Positions 29,814 through 40,482 are shown, numbered from the stretch's first letter. The stretch: DNA of 64,000 bases from an uncultured bacterium (GCA_963695095.1 CAVOFT010000001.1:1504001-1568000), one strand, 5' to 3'. A program made the numbers and translations. The notes: generated by a model not told the origin, from the sequence alone.

Positions 29814-31147
29814 TCACCACCATCCTCGCGATGATCTTCACCCTGGGCCTGGTCGTGCTCGTTCACGAGCTGGGCCACTTTCTCGCCGCCCGCTCGGTGG
29901 GCATCCACGTCCATCGCTTCTCCATCGGGCTCGGCCCGGTGCTGCTCCGCTGGCGGGGGCTGGGCACCGAGTGGGCGCTGAGCCTGCTGCCCTTCGGCGG
30001 CTACGTGAAGATGGCCGGCATGCTCGAGGCCGTAGGCGAAGGCGAGGTGCCGGCCGAGGAGGCCACGCTGCCCCCGGAGCGGCTCTACCGCAACAAGCCC
30101 ATCCTGGCGCGCCTGTGGGCGATCCTCGCCGGGCCCCTGGCCAACCTGGTCCTGGCCGTGGTCCTCACCACGGGGATCTATGCCGTCCAGGGCTTCCCGA
30201 TCATTCCCGACGTCATTCTCAGCGAGCCGCCCGCGGATACGCCTGCCGCCCGCGCCGGCCTGGCGCGGGGCGATCGCGTGCTCAGCCTCGACGGCGAAGC
30301 GGTGGCCAACTGGAACGCGTTCGCCGAGCGGCTGAGCGCCGGCGGCGCCGGCCAGTATCGGCTCGGCGTGGAGCGGGCGGGCGAGCGGCTCGAGCTGACG
30401 CTCGTCTTGACGGCCACCGAGGGGCGCTTCGATCCCACCGGGCTCAGCGTGCTGGGCGACAACCGGGTCGGGCGAGTGCTCCGGAACGGTCCTGCCGACC
30501 GGCTGGGTCTGGCCACCGGCGACCGCATCCTCGAGCTGGACGGCCGTCCCGTCGCCCACTTCGACGAGATCGCGGCCATCGTCAATGCCAGCCCGGGCCG
30601 CGAGCTGGCCATCATCTGGGAACGTGAAGGCGAGCGGCACGAAGGCAGCATCACGCCCGAGCTGGCCCAGGTGCCGGATCCCGCCGACGAGGACAAGATC
30701 ATCGAGGCCGGGCGCATCTACTTCGAGCCCTACAGCGAGGGCACGGAGGCCATCGGCCTGCTCGATGCCGCCAAGTACGGGAGCCTGCAGGTCTTCTTCA
30801 CGGCCCGCAAGACGCTGGAGTGGGTGGTCAAGCAGGTCACCTTCCGCGGCAGCAAGGACGCCGTCGGCGGGCCGATCCTGATCGCGAAGGTGGCGGGGGA
30901 GATGGCGCGCTGGGGCTGGGACCGCCTGCTCGGCTTCATCGCCTTCTTCAGCACCCAGCTCTTCCTGCTCAATCTGCTGCCGGTGCCGGTGCTGGACGGC
31001 GGCCATGTCAGCTTCCTGCTCCTGGAGGCGGTCGGCCTGCCCGTGCGTGAGCAGTGGCGCTTGCGCCTGACGATGGCCGGCATGTTCCTCCTGCTCGGTC
31101 TGATGCTGTTCATCTTGGTGCTGGATCTGGGCCGCGTCCTGCCCTGA
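29810..31147 (+). CDS. rseP: RIP metalloprotease RseP with two PDZ domains
   Basis: HELGH, PFGGYV, AGPLAN, NLLPVPVLDGG. Confidence 0.95.
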   Translation: MITTILAMIFTLGLVVLVHELGHFLAARSVGIHVHRFSIGLGPVLLRWRGLGTEWALSLLPFGGYVKMAGMLEAVGEGEVPAEEATLPPERLYRNKPILARLWAILAGPLANLVLAVVLTTGIYAVQGFPIIPDVILSEPPADTPAARAGLARGDRVLSLDGEAVANWNAFAERLSAGGAGQYRLGVERAGERLELTLVLTATEGRFDPTGLSVLGDNRVGRVLRNGPADRLGLATGDRILELDGRPVAHFDEIAAIVNASPGRELAIIWEREGERHEGSITPELAQVPDPADEDKIIEAGRIYFEPYSEGTEAIGLLDAAKYGSLQVFFTARKTLEWVVKQVTFRGSKDAVGGPILIAKVAGEMARWGWDRLLGFIAFFSTQLFLLNLLPVPVLDGGHVSFLLLEAVGLPVREQWRLRLTMAGMFLLLGLMLFILVLDLGRVLP

Positions 31148-31154
31148 GCCGGGG

Positions 31155-31508
31155 TCAGCGGGAGCTGCTGCCCTCGCCCTCGAGGATCTGCTTGCGGCGG
31201 ACGATCTCCTCGAAGAGCACCGGCCAGCGCTCGGGGCGCTCGGCGCTGATCCTGGCCGCGACGGCGCGCAGGGAATCGCCGGGGAGGGACGCGGCCAGGT
31301 GGTCGAAGCGCGCGTCCGCGAGGGTGTCGCCGAGCGCGGCCAGGCGACGGGCATCCACGATGCGCAGGTACTGCTGAACGAGGAATTCCTCCTCGGGGCT
31401 GAGCGCGGCGGCGCCATCCGACGGGCGATCGGCGCAAGCGCCGAGCCCCAGCGCCAGCGCGAGAAAGATGGGGACAGCGCGCGCGGGCATGGTTAAGAAT
31501 CGCATCAT
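31155..31508 (-). CDS. Small hypothetical lipoprotein
   Basis: Lipobox LGA-C; GAGGA SD; own promoter upstream. Confidence 0.6.
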   Translation of the reverse strand: MMRFLTMPARAVPIFLALALGLGACADRPSDGAAALSPEEEFLVQQYLRIVDARRLAALGDTLADARFDHLAASLPGDSLRAVAARISAERPERWPVLFEEIVRRKQILEGEGSSSR

Positions 31509-31541
31509 GGTCCAGATCCTCACCGAGTTCGCAGCCGCGGC

Positions 31542-31570
31542 AGTCTACGGCGGCCGGCGGCGTCTGTCAA
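31542..31570 (-). promoter_or_regulatory. Putative sigma70 promoter of small lipoprotein gene
   Basis: Minus strand TTGACA-N17-TAGACT. Confidence 0.6.
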
Positions 31571-33588
31571 AGGCGGCCGCGCCGGGTCGTTGCGGCTGCC
31601 GTCAGCTGGCCTGCTTGCTAGCCCTGGCCGCCGCACCCGCCCTCGCCCTCGCGGCCGAGGATCAGCGTCCCCTGATCGGAGAGATCGCGATCGAGGGCAA
31701 CGAGACCTTCGGCGACGGCCAGCTCAAGGCCCTCCTGCGCACCCAGGAGCCCCGCTTCCTGCAGTTCAGCGGGCAGCCCCGCTTCGTGCGCGATTGGCTG
31801 CACAGCGACCTGACGACCCTGGCCGTCTACTATCGGCGCGCGGGCTTTCCGGAAGTCAGCGTCAGTTCCTTCCGCGAAGAAGATCTGCGCTACGATGCCG
31901 ATCGCGAGCGGCTGGACATCACCATCCACGTCGACGAGGGCAAGCGGCGCTACCTGCGCGCGCTGCGCATCAGCCCCGCTCTGGGCGAGGTTGAGCGGAA
32001 TCTGCGCCGGCGCCTGGTGCTGCAGCCGGGCCAGCCCTTCGATCCCGAAGCCCCGTCCATGGATCATTTCCGGATCCTGCGCACGTTGCAGGAGGAGGGC
32101 CATTTCGCCGCCCATGTGGAGCACACGATCCAGGTGCTGGAGAGTCCGGCCTACGCCCAGCGGGATTCGGTGGACCTCGAGTACCGGATCGATGTCGGGC
32201 CGCCGGCGCGGCTGGCGGCCGTGGCGCTCGAGGGCCTCAGCCTGGACGATGAGCTGGCCTTGCGGGAACTCACGGTGAAGGTCGGCGAGCCGCTGCGGCT
32301 GGATCAAATCGTGAAGAGCAAGCAGAACCTGCTCGACAGTGGCTACTTCCGCTCGATCGACTACCGCCTGGAGGCCATGGATCCGAGCGCCGGCCCCCGC
32401 CTGCCCGCTGCGGAGGAGGAGCTGCGCCTGGTCTGGGTCTGCCGTGAACGCAAGATGGCCGCGCTGGAGACGGGTGTCGGGCTGGGCTCCATCGATGGTC
32501 TGCGCCTGATCGGCGGCTGGAGCCACCGCAATCTCTTCGACCGGGGCCAGCGCGTCGCTCTGAAGGCGAACTTCGCCTTCAGCGAGAATCGCCGCGGACG
32601 CTTCGGCCTGGGCTACGAGCACGAATCCCTCGACTGGCGCTTCCTGGACATCGTCCGTCTGCGCGCCCGGCTCGGCCTGCTTCTCTTCCGCGAGCTGGAC
32701 TACGAGAGCGAGAGCGGCGCCTTCAGTCTCGAGACGCGGGCGCTGCGCCTGAGCGCCACCCGCCGGCTCGATGCGCACTCGGTGCTCAGCCTGCGCCAGC
32801 AATTCGACTTCCTCTACCAGCGCCGCATCGCCGACCTGCCGCTGGAGCCGGTGCCGAGCTACAACACGCGCTCGCTGGGGCTGGTGCTCGATCGCGATAC
32901 CCGCGATCACTTCTTCAGTCCGCAGCGGGGCGGCCACGCCTGGCTGAGCTACGAGCTGGCCGGTGGCCTGCAGGGCGGCGATCATCACTTCCAGCGCCTG
33001 CAGCTCAGCGTGGCCCGGCATCACCGCCTGCCGCGAGAGGCCGTCGGCGCCACGCGCCTCGTCCTGGGCGGCGTCTGGCCTTACGGCGAGAGCAGACGGG
33101 GCGGCCAGATCGGCGTGCCGGCCGACGGCGTGCCCTTCCAGGAGCGCTTCTACTGCGGCGGCGGCGCCACCGTGCGCGGCTACGACGAGAACAGCCTCGG
33201 TCCGCGGATCGATCCCACGGCCACGGATCTCTCGGCGGAAGTGCCGGGACAGAGCCTGCCCGACTTCGTCCTGGGCGGCCGCTACCTGCTCGTCGCCAAC
33301 CTGGAGTGGCGGGTGCCCTTGCCGCTCTTCGGGCGCCGTGAGCTGGGCGGCGTCCTCTTTCTCGACGGCGGCGGCACCTGGCTGGATCTCGGCGACATCG
33401 CCGGCAGTCGGGCCCTGCCCTGGCAGCCCGGCGATCGCAATGACACGCGGCGCGTGTTCTACGGACTCGGCGGCGGCCTGCGCTACCTGACGCCCCTGGC
33501 CGTGCTCCGTGTCGATTTCGGCCTGCCCCTGCAGAGCCTCGCCGATCGCGGCGGCCGCTGGCACTTCAGCCTGGGACACACCTTCTGA
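31564..33588 (+). CDS. Omp85 family protein (TamA/BamA-like, about 3 POTRA domains); start uncertain
   Basis: IEGNETF, YRRAGF, GYFRSI POTRA patterns; FYCGGGATVRGY loop motif; C-terminal HFSLGHTF; adjacent to TamB-like gene. Confidence 0.85.
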   Translation: MSKAAAPGRCGCRQLACLLALAAAPALALAAEDQRPLIGEIAIEGNETFGDGQLKALLRTQEPRFLQFSGQPRFVRDWLHSDLTTLAVYYRRAGFPEVSVSSFREEDLRYDADRERLDITIHVDEGKRRYLRALRISPALGEVERNLRRRLVLQPGQPFDPEAPSMDHFRILRTLQEEGHFAAHVEHTIQVLESPAYAQRDSVDLEYRIDVGPPARLAAVALEGLSLDDELALRELTVKVGEPLRLDQIVKSKQNLLDSGYFRSIDYRLEAMDPSAGPRLPAAEEELRLVWVCRERKMAALETGVGLGSIDGLRLIGGWSHRNLFDRGQRVALKANFAFSENRRGRFGLGYEHESLDWRFLDIVRLRARLGLLLFRELDYESESGAFSLETRALRLSATRRLDAHSVLSLRQQFDFLYQRRIADLPLEPVPSYNTRSLGLVLDRDTRDHFFSPQRGGHAWLSYELAGGLQGGDHHFQRLQLSVARHHRLPREAVGATRLVLGGVWPYGESRRGGQIGVPADGVPFQERFYCGGGATVRGYDENSLGPRIDPTATDLSAEVPGQSLPDFVLGGRYLLVANLEWRVPLPLFGRRELGGVLFLDGGGTWLDLGDIAGSRALPWQPGDRNDTRRVFYGLGGGLRYLTPLAVLRVDFGLPLQSLADRGGRWHFSLGHTF

Positions 33589-36500
33589 TGGGCCGCCACC
33601 TGCGCCGCTCCTCGCTCGCCGCCCTGATCCTCTTCGCAGTGATCCTGGTGGCCCTGCTGCTCTACATCCAGCGCAACAACCCCTGGCTGGCCGAACGGGT
33701 CGCCAGCCTGGTCACGCGCAACCTGCTGGCGACGCGGGGCTACAGCCTGCACCTGGAGGGCATCGAGGGCCACTTGCCCGGCGAGATCGTCCTCCACGGC
33801 CTGCGCGTGAGCTACCTGGGCCCGGGGCACGTGCCCTTCGATCTGTTCACGGCCCGCCGCGCCGCGCTGAGCTTCTCGGTGGCCGGGCTCTTGCGGGGCG
33901 ATTTCCTGTCCGAGTCGCTGCGCGTCGAGGAGGCGGTCCTGCGCGCCTACAAGGTGCGCGCGACCGGCTGGGCCTATCCCGGCTTCGACTCGCCGCGCGG
34001 CGGGCGCAGCGAGGTCCAGGTGGCCCTCGACGAGGTGACGCTGGACCGCCTGCTCGTCCTGCGCGAGACGCCGGGCGGCGCCGATACGCTCATCCTCAAG
34101 GGGGCGGCCTGCCGCATCTATCGCACGGCGGAGGGCAGCAGCGTGGATCTCGCCTCGCTGCGCATCGAGCACAGGGACCGACCGCCGGTCGACCTGGCCG
34201 GCCTCTTCCTCCTGCGCGAGGGCGGACAGCTCGGCCTCGCCGGCGTGGATCTCGAGCTGCCCGAATCGCGGCTGAACGTCCGCGGCGAGCTGGGGCTGGC
34301 CGGCCGCATTTCCGCGGATCTCGCCATCACCGCCGCGCCCGCCCGTCTCGGCGAGCTGGCGACGGCCCTCGGCCAGACCCTGGACACCGATAGCCGACTC
34401 GAGGGCCACCTGCAGCTTGCCGGCCCCCTGGATAGCCTGCAGGTTGCCGGCCGGCTCAGCGGCACGCTCTTCGACTACCGGCTCGAGAACGTGGACTGCC
34501 GCGGCCTCTACACGGACGGGCGTCTGCACTTCGCCGCTCTCACCGGCCGCCTCAACGACAACCAGCTCGATGCGGCCGCCGTCTTCACCTTGCCCATCGG
34601 CGGGCGCGAGTTCGGCTGGAGCGCCGACGCCCGCCTCGCGCACCTGGACCTGGCCACCTTCTTCTCCGACAGCCTGTCCTCGGATTTCAGCGGCAATCTG
34701 AACGCCGTGGATCCGGGCAATGCCGCCCGCTTCCGTTTCGCCCTGGGGGCTGGGCGCCTGGACATCTATCCCTTCGGCGCCGCCACCGGCCGGCTCGCGG
34801 TTCGCGGCGACACCCTGATCCTGAGCGAAGTGGAGGTCAGCGATCGCGGCCTGGCAGTCACGCTTGCCGGTCGCATCCTGCCGGAGGAGGCGATGCTCGA
34901 TCTCGAGTTCGTTGCCGTGAGCGACTCGTCGCGCCTGGCCGGCACCTTCGCGGGCGACTCGACCCTGGGCGGGCACGTGGAGCTGGCCGGCCGCTTCGCC
35001 GGGCCCGCGCTGGCGCCGGCCATGGACCTCAGCGGCCGCTTCGCCCGCCTGCGCTACTTCGGCGCCCTGCTCGGTCGCGGCGAGTTCTCCCTGCGCAGCG
35101 ATGCCCTCAATCTCCAGCCCACGCGCATCCATGCCGAGGGCGATTCGCTGGAGCACCTGGGCCTCGCCTTTGCGCGCTACTACCTGGACGCCGAGCTGCT
35201 GGGCGACACCCTGCTTCTCCGCCACGCTTCGCTGGACGGCGCCGAGCTGGCGCTGGATCTCAGCGGGCGCCTGGCGATCGATCCCCGCGAGCCGCGCCTG
35301 CGCCTCGAACGCGCCTGGCTACGCTGGCTGGGGAAGGACTGGTTGAACGAGGGGCCCCTGGAACTCAGCCTCGGTGAGCGGCCCGCTCTGAGCTTGACGC
35401 GCTGGCGCAGTGGCGGCAGCAGCGCGGCCCTGCGCTGGAATCGGCGGGACCAGGGCCCCGACCGCCTCGAGCTGGTGGGCGTACCGCTGGCCCAGCTGGC
35501 GCCCTGGCTGCCGCCCGCTCTGGGCCTGGGCGGGCGCCTGAGCGGCGTGCTCGAGCGCGAGGGGCCGGCGGCCTTTTCATTCAGCGGCCGGCTCGAGCAG
35601 TTCGCGCTGAGCGGCGCGCCAGCGGGGCGCGCCGACTTCGCGCTGCGCTGGCAGGGCGACAGCCTGGCCGTGGACAGCCTGCGCTGGGAGCCCGCACCCG
35701 GTCAGCACCTGCGCCTGGCCGGCAAGCTGGGCGGCCTGCCCTCGGCGGCGGACGGCCCGGCGGCCCTGGCCACGCTGAAACCGGAGGCCCTCGTCGCCGC
35801 GCTGGCGCTCGAGGCCGGGGATTTCCCCCTGGAGCGTCTCAGCCGGCTCTGGCCCGCCAGCGCCGCACTCGCCGGCCGGCTGAGCGGGGGCTTCCGGATC
35901 GAGGGCCCCCTGGCGCAGCCGGCCATCGCCAGCGAGGCGCGTCTGGACAGCGCCCGGGTGGGAGACTTCGCCCTGGATGCCCTGTCCTGGACGGCCACGC
36001 TCGCCGCCGGCGAGCTCGAGGTCACTCGACTGAGCGTCGGGCGCCGGGGCAGCCGCGTGGAGGGCTGGCTGGGCCTGCCGCTGGACCTCGGTCTGGGGCG
36101 CAGGCCGGGCCCGCTGACCGAGGGCGAGCTCAGGGGCAGCCTGCACGTGGACATCGACGCGAGCGATCTCGTCGGCCTCAGCGAGCTCATCGCCGAGCTG
36201 GGGGGCCGCCTGGAGGGGGACCTCAGTCTGGCCGGCACGCCGGGGGCGCCGCGGCCCCAGGGCCGGCTGCGCCTGCGCGACGGCTCTCTGCGCCTGGCCG
36301 GGTGGGAAGAGCGCCTGAGCGCGATCGAGGCCGAGGCCGAGGTCCAGGGGGACACCCTGCGCGTGGTCTCCCTGCGGGCCAAGGAGAGCATCCAGTGGTC
36401 CCGCTACCCGGAGGGGCAGCTGACGGCCAGCGGGTGGCTGACCTGGCGCCAGCCCTTCCGCTACCTGGCCACGGCCCGGCTGTCTCGCTGCGCCTTCGGC

Positions 36501-37424
36501 ACGCTGCCCTTCTTCTCGGGCCTGATCAGCGGCGAGCTGACGATGAGCGCCTGGGAGGCCGAGGACGTGCCGCCGCATCCCTACCTGCGCGGCTCGCTCG
36601 ACGTGCACGAGGGGACCCTGAGCTACGAGTTCCAGGATGTCGTCGAAGCGCCCGGACCGACGGTGGCGCCCGTGCTCAGCTACGATCTCGCCGTGCGCGC
36701 TGAGCAGAAGCTGATGCTGGTGAACAAGGAGGCCGATCTCGAGCTCTCGGGCGAGCTGCGGCTCTCCAGCACGCCGGCCGGCCAGGACGCCAGCGGCGAG
36801 CTGCGTACGCTGCGCGGGAGCTACTTCGTCTTCGGCAATCGCTTCCACCTCGTGCAGGGAGAGCTGGACTTCAGCAGTGCCGCGGACATCAATCCGAAGA
36901 TCGATATCCTCGCCGAGGCCCGCCATCGCGACGACAAGATCCAGATCCACATCACCAACACCTTTGCCGAGCCCGAGATCGAGGTGACCAGCGAGCAGGG
37001 CTACAGCCGCGAGGACGTGCTGCGCATCCTGATGGGCCTGCCCGTGGGCGGCGAGGAAGGCAGCGGCACCGCGGGCACGGCCGTGGCCGGCCGCGTGGAG
37101 GCGGAGTTGCTCAATCGCTTCGAGCGCGTGGTCTCGGATGAGCTCTCCGGGTTGGTGGACTTCGGCCTGGAAAATCGCAATCTTGAGGGGAGCAGCGGCG
37201 ACATCGAGACGCGCTGGCGAATCGGGCGCTATCTGCCGGGCGGTTTCTACATCAGCTACAATCAGGGACTGAGCATGGACACGGATCGCGAGGTAGCCCT
37301 GGAATATCGCCTCTACAACAGGCTCTATCTCCGCTCCGAGGTGGTCAACCGAGGGCGCGGCTTCGCCGACGAAGGACTGGTCAACGAATACAATGTCGAC
37401 ATCCGCTTCCGCTACGAGTACTAG
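33588..37424 (+). CDS. tamB: TamB/AsmA-like translocation and assembly module protein
   Basis: N-terminal membrane anchor, long beta-rich repeats, DUF490-like C-terminus (IGRYL..YISY..LEYRL..FRYEY). Confidence 0.8.
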   Translation: MGRHLRRSSLAALILFAVILVALLLYIQRNNPWLAERVASLVTRNLLATRGYSLHLEGIEGHLPGEIVLHGLRVSYLGPGHVPFDLFTARRAALSFSVAGLLRGDFLSESLRVEEAVLRAYKVRATGWAYPGFDSPRGGRSEVQVALDEVTLDRLLVLRETPGGADTLILKGAACRIYRTAEGSSVDLASLRIEHRDRPPVDLAGLFLLREGGQLGLAGVDLELPESRLNVRGELGLAGRISADLAITAAPARLGELATALGQTLDTDSRLEGHLQLAGPLDSLQVAGRLSGTLFDYRLENVDCRGLYTDGRLHFAALTGRLNDNQLDAAAVFTLPIGGREFGWSADARLAHLDLATFFSDSLSSDFSGNLNAVDPGNAARFRFALGAGRLDIYPFGAATGRLAVRGDTLILSEVEVSDRGLAVTLAGRILPEEAMLDLEFVAVSDSSRLAGTFAGDSTLGGHVELAGRFAGPALAPAMDLSGRFARLRYFGALLGRGEFSLRSDALNLQPTRIHAEGDSLEHLGLAFARYYLDAELLGDTLLLRHASLDGAELALDLSGRLAIDPREPRLRLERAWLRWLGKDWLNEGPLELSLGERPALSLTRWRSGGSSAALRWNRRDQGPDRLELVGVPLAQLAPWLPPALGLGGRLSGVLEREGPAAFSFSGRLEQFALSGAPAGRADFALRWQGDSLAVDSLRWEPAPGQHLRLAGKLGGLPSAADGPAALATLKPEALVAALALEAGDFPLERLSRLWPASAALAGRLSGGFRIEGPLAQPAIASEARLDSARVGDFALDALSWTATLAAGELEVTRLSVGRRGSRVEGWLGLPLDLGLGRRPGPLTEGELRGSLHVDIDASDLVGLSELIAELGGRLEGDLSLAGTPGAPRPQGRLRLRDGSLRLAGWEERLSAIEAEAEVQGDTLRVVSLRAKESIQWSRYPEGQLTASGWLTWRQPFRYLATARLSRCAFGTLPFFSGLISGELTMSAWEAEDVPPHPYLRGSLDVHEGTLSYEFQDVVEAPGPTVAPVLSYDLAVRAEQKLMLVNKEADLELSGELRLSSTPAGQDASGELRTLRGSYFVFGNRFHLVQGELDFSSAADINPKIDILAEARHRDDKIQIHITNTFAEPEIEVTSEQGYSREDVLRILMGLPVGGEEGSGTAGTAVAGRVEAELLNRFERVVSDELSGLVDFGLENRNLEGSSGDIETRWRIGRYLPGGFYISYNQGLSMDTDREVALEYRLYNRLYLRSEVVNRGRGFADEGLVNEYNVDIRFRYEY

Positions 37425-37455
37425 CCCGCGGCGCGACGGTGCCAGGAGGTCCGGC

Positions 37456-40400
37456 GTGCCGATGAGCGCGATCCGTACGCGCTGGGCATGGGCGCTCCTG
37501 GTTGCCGTGCTGCTGGGGTCCGGTCCGGCCCAGGCCTATGTCTTCGGCAAGAACAAGGTGCACTACGACAGCTTCGCCTGGCAGGTCTACCACAGCCGCC
37601 ACTTCGACCTCTACTACTACCCCGAGGAGGCCGCGCTCGCCAGCCAGACCGTCCTGCTCGCCGAAGAGGCCTATGCCCGCCTCGCCCAGCGCCTGAACCA
37701 CCAGGTGCGCCAGCGCATCCCGCTCGTGCTCTACAGCTCGCATCCCTCTTTCCAGCAAACCAACGTCAGCCCCGAGTTGATCAGCGAATCGACGGGCGGC
37801 TTCACCGATGTCTACCGCAGCCGCGTCGTGCTGCCCTACACCGGCTCCGTGCCCGACTTCCGGCACGTGGTGGCTCACGAGCTGGTGCACGTCTTCATGC
37901 TCGACATGCTCTTCGGCGGCCGCGGTCCGGAGCACGTGGCCCGCAGCGTGGGGCAGTTCATGATGCCGCCGCTGTGGTTCATCGAGGGCATGGCCGAGTA
38001 CCTGTCGACGGGCTGGGACGCGAGCGCGCAGCTCTTTCTCGAGGACGCCGTGGTGAGCGACTACCTGGCGCCGCTGGACGGCTACGTCGGCGGCTTCCTC
38101 GTCTACAAGGAAGGCCAGGCGGCGATTGCCTATCTCACGGCGCGTTTCGGGGAGGGCATCTTGCCTGAGCTGCTCGGTGAGATGAGCGGCCGCGGCAATC
38201 TGGAGCGCGCCCTGGAGAAGCGCACCGGCATGGAGCTCGAGGATTTCAGCGAGGACTTCCTGCGCGAGACCAAGGCCGAGACCTGGCCGCGCCTGGCTGC
38301 CCGCGGCCGGCCGGGCGACCGTGCCTTCCGCTTGCTCGATCACGAGCAGGCGGGCCGCGCCTTCTTCGTCAATCCCCGCTTTTCGCCCGATGGCAGCCGG
38401 CTCGCCTACTTCGCCGACAATGACGGCGAGGTCAATCTCTACCTGGCCTCCAGTCTGGACGGCAAGGTGCTGCGCAAGCTGGTGACGGGGCATCGCTCGT
38501 CCCGCCTGGAGAGCCTGCATCCCTTCGACACCGGCGTCTCCTTCGATCCCAGCGGCGAGCGGCTGGTCTTCTCCGCCCTGGCGGGGGGCGCCGATGAACT
38601 CGTCATCGTGGCCGCCGCCGATGGCCGCGAGCTGGCGCGTCACCGGCCGGGCCTGGCGAGCCTGCGCGGCCCTGCCTGGTCGCCCGACGGGCGCTTCATC
38701 GCCGTGAGCGGCGTCGCCGGCGGCGTCACCGATCTCTACTTGCTCGATCTGACCAGCGGCCAGTGGCGACGCCTCACCCGGGATCTCGCCGATGAGCAGG
38801 ATCCGGCCTGGCTCGATGGCGGCACGCTGGTCTATGCCCGCCACCCCGAGCTCTTCCCGGGTCTGTTCGAACTCGACAGCACACCGGCGCCGGCGGCCCT
38901 CGACACGACCCTCTATGGCCGGCGGCCGGAGGTCTTCCAGCCCGGCGCCGGCTACGACCTCTGGCGCCTGGCCATCGGCGATGCCGGCGAGGCGGGCCCC
39001 CGCCGCCTGACGGCCACCGCCGGCGACGACCGCAATCCGCTGCCCCTGGCCTCCGGCAGCCTGCTCTTCACCAGCACCGTGGCCGGCCTGGAGGAACTCT
39101 GGCAGCTCGCGGAGGGGGATTCCCTGCCGCGCCGGGTCTATGCGCCGGCGGGCGGCGTCATCGGTCCCAGCTTGAGCGGAGACGGCGCGCGCTTGGCCTT
39201 CGCCTCGCTCGATGGGGGCGGCTACGATGTCTTCGTGCTCGAGGATCTGCCCGGCCTGCTCGCGCAGCCCACACCGGCGCCGCCGGCGGCTCCCGATACG
39301 CTCCGCTACCGGCCCTTCCCGGCCCTGCCCGACTCGAGCGAGTTCGCGGCGGGCCGGGCGCCGGCGCCGCCGGCGCCCGCGGACTCGCTGACGGGCCTGG
39401 GCGGCCCCTATCGCACGCGCTTTCTCGTCGATGCCATGGGCCGGCAGATCACCTACGACACCGTCTACGGCCTCTACGGCAGCAGCGTGATCACCTTCAA
39501 GGATGTGCTCGGCGATCAGGAGATCACGCTGCTGCTGGATGTGTTCGGCAACATCTCGGACTCCAATCTGATGGCCGCCTACGCGCGCCGCACGCGTCGG
39601 CTCAACTGGAGCGCCGGCGCCTACTCCTTCCTGAGCTACTACCAGACCCGCATCGGCAGCTTCGGCGAGTACTTCCCGAGCGATCGGCTGGCGCTCGAGT
39701 GGCGGCGCGGCGGCTTCTTCTCGGCGAGCTATCCCTTCAGCCTCTTCATGCGCCTGGACGCGGACCTCAACCTGCTCTATGCGCGGCGCGAGTACTACGA
39801 GGGCTTCGACCCCTGGGGGCGGCCCATCCCCCTCAGCGACACAACTCGCGATCCAATCGAGAAGCGGCTCCTGGCCCAGCCCAGCCTGTCCCTGGTCTAC
39901 GACGACGCCCTTTTCGACTACCTGGGCCCGGTCAAGGGCAGCCGCTGGGCGCTGAGCGCGGGCTACGCCCACGATCTCGGCCAGGGCGAGCCGGTGGCGC
40001 GCTGGGTGGGCTACGCCGACTGGCGGCGCTACTTTCTCGGTCCCGCCGGCCACAGCCTGGCCCTGCGCTTGAGCGGCCGGGGCAGCGAGGGCGTGGACCC
40101 GATCTACTTCTACCTCGGCGGCCCCTACGATCTGCGCGGCTACGACTATCTCGAGTTCGCGGGCACGCGCAGCGCGCTGGGGAGCCTGGAGTGGCGCTTC
40201 CCCTTCATCAACGCGATCTACCTGGGCGGGCCCCTGCCCTTCGCCTGGGGCGGCATCGGCGGCAGCGTCTTCGCCGATGTCGGCGGCGCCTGGACCGGCG
40301 ACGACTTCCGCGCCTTCGTGCCCGGGGACGCGCCGCGCCTGGCCGATCTGCGCGCGGACTTCGGCTATGGCTTCCGCATCAACCTGGGCGGCTTCCTGCT

Positions 40401-40482
40401 GCTCTGGGACATCGCCTGGCCCACGGATCTGAACCAGCTCGGCGCGCGGCGCAGCCACTTCTCGATCGGCGCTCAGTTCTAG
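37456..40482 (+). CDS. Omp85-family protein with N-terminal zincin domain and TolB-like (PD40) propeller
   Basis: Signal peptide; FGKNKVHY; HELVH + WFIEGMAEY; PRFSPDG and PAWSPDG repeats; LGGPYDLRGY; FSIGAQF; AGGAGG SD. Confidence 0.82.
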   Translation: MPMSAIRTRWAWALLVAVLLGSGPAQAYVFGKNKVHYDSFAWQVYHSRHFDLYYYPEEAALASQTVLLAEEAYARLAQRLNHQVRQRIPLVLYSSHPSFQQTNVSPELISESTGGFTDVYRSRVVLPYTGSVPDFRHVVAHELVHVFMLDMLFGGRGPEHVARSVGQFMMPPLWFIEGMAEYLSTGWDASAQLFLEDAVVSDYLAPLDGYVGGFLVYKEGQAAIAYLTARFGEGILPELLGEMSGRGNLERALEKRTGMELEDFSEDFLRETKAETWPRLAARGRPGDRAFRLLDHEQAGRAFFVNPRFSPDGSRLAYFADNDGEVNLYLASSLDGKVLRKLVTGHRSSRLESLHPFDTGVSFDPSGERLVFSALAGGADELVIVAAADGRELARHRPGLASLRGPAWSPDGRFIAVSGVAGGVTDLYLLDLTSGQWRRLTRDLADEQDPAWLDGGTLVYARHPELFPGLFELDSTPAPAALDTTLYGRRPEVFQPGAGYDLWRLAIGDAGEAGPRRLTATAGDDRNPLPLASGSLLFTSTVAGLEELWQLAEGDSLPRRVYAPAGGVIGPSLSGDGARLAFASLDGGGYDVFVLEDLPGLLAQPTPAPPAAPDTLRYRPFPALPDSSEFAAGRAPAPPAPADSLTGLGGPYRTRFLVDAMGRQITYDTVYGLYGSSVITFKDVLGDQEITLLLDVFGNISDSNLMAAYARRTRRLNWSAGAYSFLSYYQTRIGSFGEYFPSDRLALEWRRGGFFSASYPFSLFMRLDADLNLLYARREYYEGFDPWGRPIPLSDTTRDPIEKRLLAQPSLSLVYDDALFDYLGPVKGSRWALSAGYAHDLGQGEPVARWVGYADWRRYFLGPAGHSLALRLSGRGSEGVDPIYFYLGGPYDLRGYDYLEFAGTRSALGSLEWRFPFINAIYLGGPLPFAWGGIGGSVFADVGGAWTGDDFRAFVPGDAPRLADLRADFGYGFRINLGGFLLLWDIAWPTDLNQLGARRSHFSIGAQF

